Shown piece by piece: positions 59,094 to 64,000 of a DNA stretch of 64,000 bases (within the stretch, counting starts at the first letter, position 1; each line of letters opens with the position of its first letter). The translations under genes and the position numbers were made by a program. Origin of the DNA: Phoronis australis (taxonomy: Eukaryota > Animalia > Phoronida); NCBI GenBank assembly GCA_002633005.1, contig NMRA01000349.1, positions 124,001 to 188,000 on the forward strand, in the 5' to 3' direction. A model generated the notes under the pieces. It saw only the letters and a program-made list of their open reading frames with translations, made no database searches and was not told the DNA's origin.

Positions 59094-59628
59094 GACAACT
59101 GTATACCAGATGACCTCTGGTTTGATTTAGACATGAAACCGTCGTAGTCACTAACTACGAACGCCTTCCGTACAAATTCGCGGGACATCTCTCTCACTAT
59201 CCAAAACAGCACATAAAAATTACATCACCCAGCTTACGAAAAATTCGTCTTGTATGTATCCTAATCTTGAAGGATCTGCTTCCCATCCCAAAACAATGCG
59301 GAGATCATTCAGGACTTTGGAGGGTAAAAGAGTATCAAAAGCCACATAGTTTGACGAGATTTGTTGACACTATACATGCAAAAATGTTGATGCTCACAAC
59401 TGCTTTCATATCAGTGGCAGATTATCGTCCTTTTCATGGCAGAAGGCGAGCGAAATTTTGATTCCAGTTTGTAAGCAAAATTGTCTTTAGTATTTCACTT
59501 GAGTTTCATCTTTAAACGAGGGAGAGAGAGAATCTTTCATACAGGATGTCACAGCATTACGGGTGCAATTTACCAACAGAAAGGTTGATAGAGTGATGAG
59601 GAACGTAAGACCGTACAGTTTTGTATTT

Positions 59629-60530
59629 CTAGTTAAATCTATTTTTGAATGAAAGTATCAGTTGCATGAACATTGTGACTGCACACAGTGAGCAGGCGGC
59701 GACATAGCAGGCCAGTACCACACATTTAGGACCGCATGTGTCCAAGTAATAACCACACAGCCAGTTGAAAGCAGATGATCCGGCGCCGATCCCGAGGTCG
59801 GACACCGACATAACGAATGGTGAGAAAGTGATATTTGTATTTAACCAGGCAATCATTGAGCCACGGTAAGTTCGATAGAAGAATACGGCGCAGCAAATTA
59901 AAACCCAGAAGTATACCGGTGAGTCAAAGCCCACACAATAAAGGGCCCCAATAAATCCTGCGGCTGCAAACGCTGGTATAAACAGGACGTATTTAAGTGG
60001 CACGTACTTAAGAACAAGCGCTGCCACAAACCTGCACACCATGCCGGACAGGTTATAGGTGAGAAGAACGATGATAGCGTCACTTTTGATGAAGAGACCA
60101 CTGTCCACCGCTAGGGAAAGAAGGTACCGGCTGGTACTTACATCACGACTACTGGAAAACACAAATGCCAACGGTAACAGAATAATGATGGTTATCACAT
60201 AACACAAGTTGCCTTTCTGCTTTTCCTCTCGTAAATATTGCCAGAACGATTTCGAATCACCTATTTCCGTCTGTTGCCTGCTGTGATGGATTTCCTTAAT
60301 GTGGAAACAAACGAAAACAACAACGCAAAGAATGCACGATCCGGCGCTAATGAGAAATGGTATCTGGACATAGGACTTGCTTTCCACATGGTCTTGCGAA
60401 TTGTCTTTTGACAGAAACGGTGACGAAACGATAGGAGACATCAGCTGACCAACAGAGTGTGCTGCCATCATCACCTGCAGTGGCGAAGCAGACGACTTCC
60501 CCCAAAGCGAGGTGCACATGGGGAATCCAA
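59629..60530 (-). CDS. MFS transporter terminal exon
   Basis: ORF 59629..60519 extended to the acceptor tttttcag at 60531. Confidence 0.9.
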
Positions 60531-63156
60531 CTGAAAAATGGAGAACACAACTTGCCCAATTTTATTCTGTTTGTAGATCTAGTGTCTTTTTCAATGCAAT
60601 ATTTGAAGACGGACGCCACGATCTGCCAATCTATTTGTGCACAGGAGCTGTTGGCCTGGTTGCATAAAGCAGTTATATTAGCAAGTCTGCATTCAACTAA
60701 TTATCCACAAACGCTAAAAGTGTGAATTATATAAAAGTGGAAAGCGTAAAAATGTTTGGTTTTATACCTATCACGTGACCAATGTTTTTTTTTTTTTTGC
60801 AAAACGTGGCGCCTTCTCACATAAATGAAACACAGCGTTTTAGATAAAATTGCGTAATTCGTAGTACCCGAAAATTTCATTTGAGTCGAACAAGCCATTT
60901 TTGAGAAAGGGTGACCCGAAGTTAGCCAAATGTTGAATATTTCCAGGGTGGCATAACGTTAAAGCTACAGATTTTACAAAACACTTGAACAGAACAAATG
61001 GCATTATGCGACCCGCGCATTCTAGTGTTAGAGCTTGCGACCCCGAGATTTCATGGGACTAGCCGCGAAAGTTTGCCGGTGAGTTTCCTAGACTTAGATT
61101 TGATCAAGTGCTGTAGTTGTGTATGATATCAAGCTAAACTTCATTGCTTCATTTTTATTTTGTCATTTTAGTTGATAAAAAGTTGTCGTGGAAAAATTGA
61201 AATAATTTAGATACTGAACAAAAATCTGTAGCCACTTTCGACAACCTATCAAACCACATGTTAGAAGTATTTTAGGCAAGACATTTTTGGGTGTTAAAAT
61301 CATGTTGCAGTATTGAAGCAAGCGACATTTGGTTTATAAGTGGTCTGCAATTATACATGAAAAGTTTACTAGCTGATTTGTTTACATAACTTACGAAAAA
61401 CTACTCGTGTATTTATTTACGTGTATTTTATGGGTTTGTATATGTGCACGTATATACGCAAAACGTACCGTGAGTGGCGTACGTGAATTAAGTAATATCC
61501 CACGAGATAAACCTTCTAAATTACAGTAATACGTGTAGATAGTTTTAGGCAACTGTAGTACCACGGCTGCTCGAATCTCCGAATCGCAAGCAGAGCAGAT
61601 GATCCTCCGCTTACAATATTTGGGATCATCAGACAAAATATTAGAGAAAATATGGATCACATTTGTTTGAAAGAAGTTTCTAATGATGAAAGTTCCAAAC
61701 CTACTTCATTTATACTAAACTAAAATTCCACCCTAAACCTCATATACCATAGCAAGAAACAGCACCGGAACAAATGAATGCAAACAGCAACACACGCATG
61801 CGCGATACAACTTCAGCTGCGCGTGATCGGAGTTGGCCTTCCAGTCATTGAGTGGTTGTCAGTTGGTCTTGCCAACAGGCGAAAAAGAACGTAATTAGAA
61901 TTTGGAGACGCAGTCATGTACTGATTGTTCCAGTCCTTCTCTAGGATCACCCAAACGTTAAGGTGTTATTTATGTTATCAAGAAACCTTTCTCCAACTCA
62001 CGCCCATTTGTGATGTTGTAGGACATTCCAATTCCAACAATAGCAATTGTGGCTACGGTGATACTGCGTGAATAAACTGTACCAGCCAGGCAACTACCTG
62101 AAAAATTATGAAAATCCAAATGTGGTCAGGAGTCTTCTTGAGAAAGCAGCAATTTATGAGAAAAGGTAATTTTGATTCTAATGTTGATGATGGCGACGAC
62201 GATGATGACGCAATGTTGACGAAATTGGTAAACGAACATAGTGTTATACAATGATAGGCCAATGGAAAAGAGAGGGAATGGTTATGAGGGGTGAAATCAG
62301 TGAGTGGAAGGGAAAGTTTGTTGAAAAACGTCGACCTCATCTCCCCACGTGAAAATACTCATTACGAAAAACGAGACTTTGGCAAGAAAGTTAACATAAT
62401 GAATGGCGTTTTGCGACAGTAATGTTCGCCATAAAATAAAAATACCCAATATTAAAAAGGCAAACGCTAGCAAGAGATCACTATGGCGTCTCAACTTGTC
62501 CCCAAATATTGCTGACAGCAGCGAGCCGGCTACCATTCCTACAGAGCGAAAGGCAATGGCGGTGGACAGCTGTTGGTAAGACACCTTGAACAGACTCTTG
62601 AGATCGAGAAGGCAGGCCGACAGCAGCATATCAGAGAAACCCTAAAATGAACAAATGTAGAGAACGAGTCCAAAAATCGGCTCAGCCCTGTTAACGTTTC
62701 AATGTAATGCTTCTTCAAAACGTAATAGCGTAATATCCGAAGCACCCGCATTCCAATAAAAGCTGGAATTTTCAACACAGCAGTTATGTACCCCTCTTCA
62801 TATATAGAGACGGAACAATTGGCGACCAATTTTATATTGATAAGTGTCCTAAATCAATAGTTTGTGTCTAAGGCGGAAAACATGTTTTTATCGCTATAAT
62901 GTGCCGAGACAATTAATCAGTCGACCTAACTTTTATTCCGTAATGAAGCAAGTTTTACCATTACAAACCAAGCGTATATGAGAATGCCCGTCTTCAGGTA
63001 AAGGTACCATCCGTTGTTTGGCCGCTCATGCACTGTTGTGTCATCGGCGTTGTTGATATTTGTTGTGGCTGCGCTGAGATCTTTACTTTCATTGATTAAT
63101 GGTGAATTTTCGTCAGCATCAGTTGACTCAGCTACCACCACGTTACATTCCAACAT
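59629..63156 (-). CDS. MFS transporter, MFSD4/sodium-dependent glucose transporter 1-like, about 463 aa
   Basis: Exons 63156-62959, 62641-62446, 62097-62002 and 60530-59629 join in phases 0, 1, 1 with canonical GT-AG (1,392 nt). Multiple TM helices; family-like motifs ACLLDL, LWG...SPLQ...H..GQLMSP...PFL. Confidence 0.85.
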
Positions 63157-64000
63157 ATTCCTGATGAAGAAAACAGCTTTTCTGAAATGGGAATTTTTTG
63201 CCTTTATTTGAAGAAAATGTATATTACTTTTGATCATCGTATAGTAAAATTAAAAAGTCCGAGTTGGAAAGCAAATAAAATTCAATGGTTAAGGGTTCTT
63301 AGTCTCATTTTTACCTTTAGCAGGGTAAAAGACAGACTCAAGAGTGCGTAAAATAGTGCCCTGTCGCATAAAAAATCCTAATTTCATAGCTCCAGCAAAA
63401 TTCTCCAAAGCATTTCAGTTGCCCTATTTAAGCAGGGTAAAGCGAAACTTTTAATTACAACCACAGAGTCTGTTCTAAAAAATCAGTCTCATAATATTCT
63501 AATATTATTCCATTTCTTTAAAAATTCAAGTCACAAGAAATTTACACATGCACCGTTTTCAAATGTTCGCAATATTGGGGTTGCTCTATTAAAATCTGAC
63601 GTTTTCGTGAGTCGATTACCGTTTTGATGTGCGTACTGATAACCGAAACAGCGTACTGTCACGCTAAGGAATGTCATGAAACACATTTTATGAAAATAAA
63701 AGGCATAATTCATTTTCGTATTAGGGAAGCTAAGTAGGGCGAAATACGCCTTTAACTGAGGAGCGTGCACTGACATGCCGAAACCCCACTCCCATGGTGA
63801 CTTTTCATTCCGAAGACAAGCGCACAAGGTTAAACATCATCATTTTTCTAATTGGTTGGTTCTATCCCTGAGACGTTCTTTTTGTCAATTAAGACACTAT
63901 CGTTAGTAGGTCTAAAACATGCTTCATCTGTTATGAACTGTCCCTGGGTAAGAACAAAAACTGGGTCTCTAAGCGAAAACGAGCTGGAAACGATTCCTAC

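Overview
Intron-rich animal DNA (about 40% GC, GT-AG introns, many DNA-transposon relics; probably a marine invertebrate, which is inference). The ORF track only fragments the real genes, so I rebuilt spliced models by hand from splice sites and reading-frame phase. Four genes are supported. (1) A minus-strand RING-finger + ubiquitin-like (Ubl) gene, truncated at the left edge (CDS exons 2952-2854, 2594-2274, 105-1). (2) Divergent from it, a giant RNF213/mysterin-like AAA+ gene (about 8.2-42.7 kb, about 4,860-4,880 aa, one 11.6-kb exon). It has intact AAA3/AAA4 Walker motifs, a probable TRADD-N-like N-terminus and a CBM20-like domain, but no RING, and its RZ finger is shortened and lacks the catalytic Cys/His. 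(3) A secreted bacterial-type HEXXH zinc protease with poly-Gly linkers and two ShK domains (48318-55841). (4) A minus-strand MFSD4/NaGLT1-like MFS transporter (63156-59629). Introns hold four TTAA-flanked Kolobok/THAP-type elements, Helentron-like elements with CTCF-like motif arrays, tRNA-derived SINE heads, LINE and Penelope relics, and MITEs. Leading hypothesis: the head-to-head pair, which shares an intergenic region with NF-kB/CRE/IRF-like sites, is a two-gene 'split' mysterin immune system, with an E3-dead AAA+ sensor and a stand-alone RING-Ubl partner.
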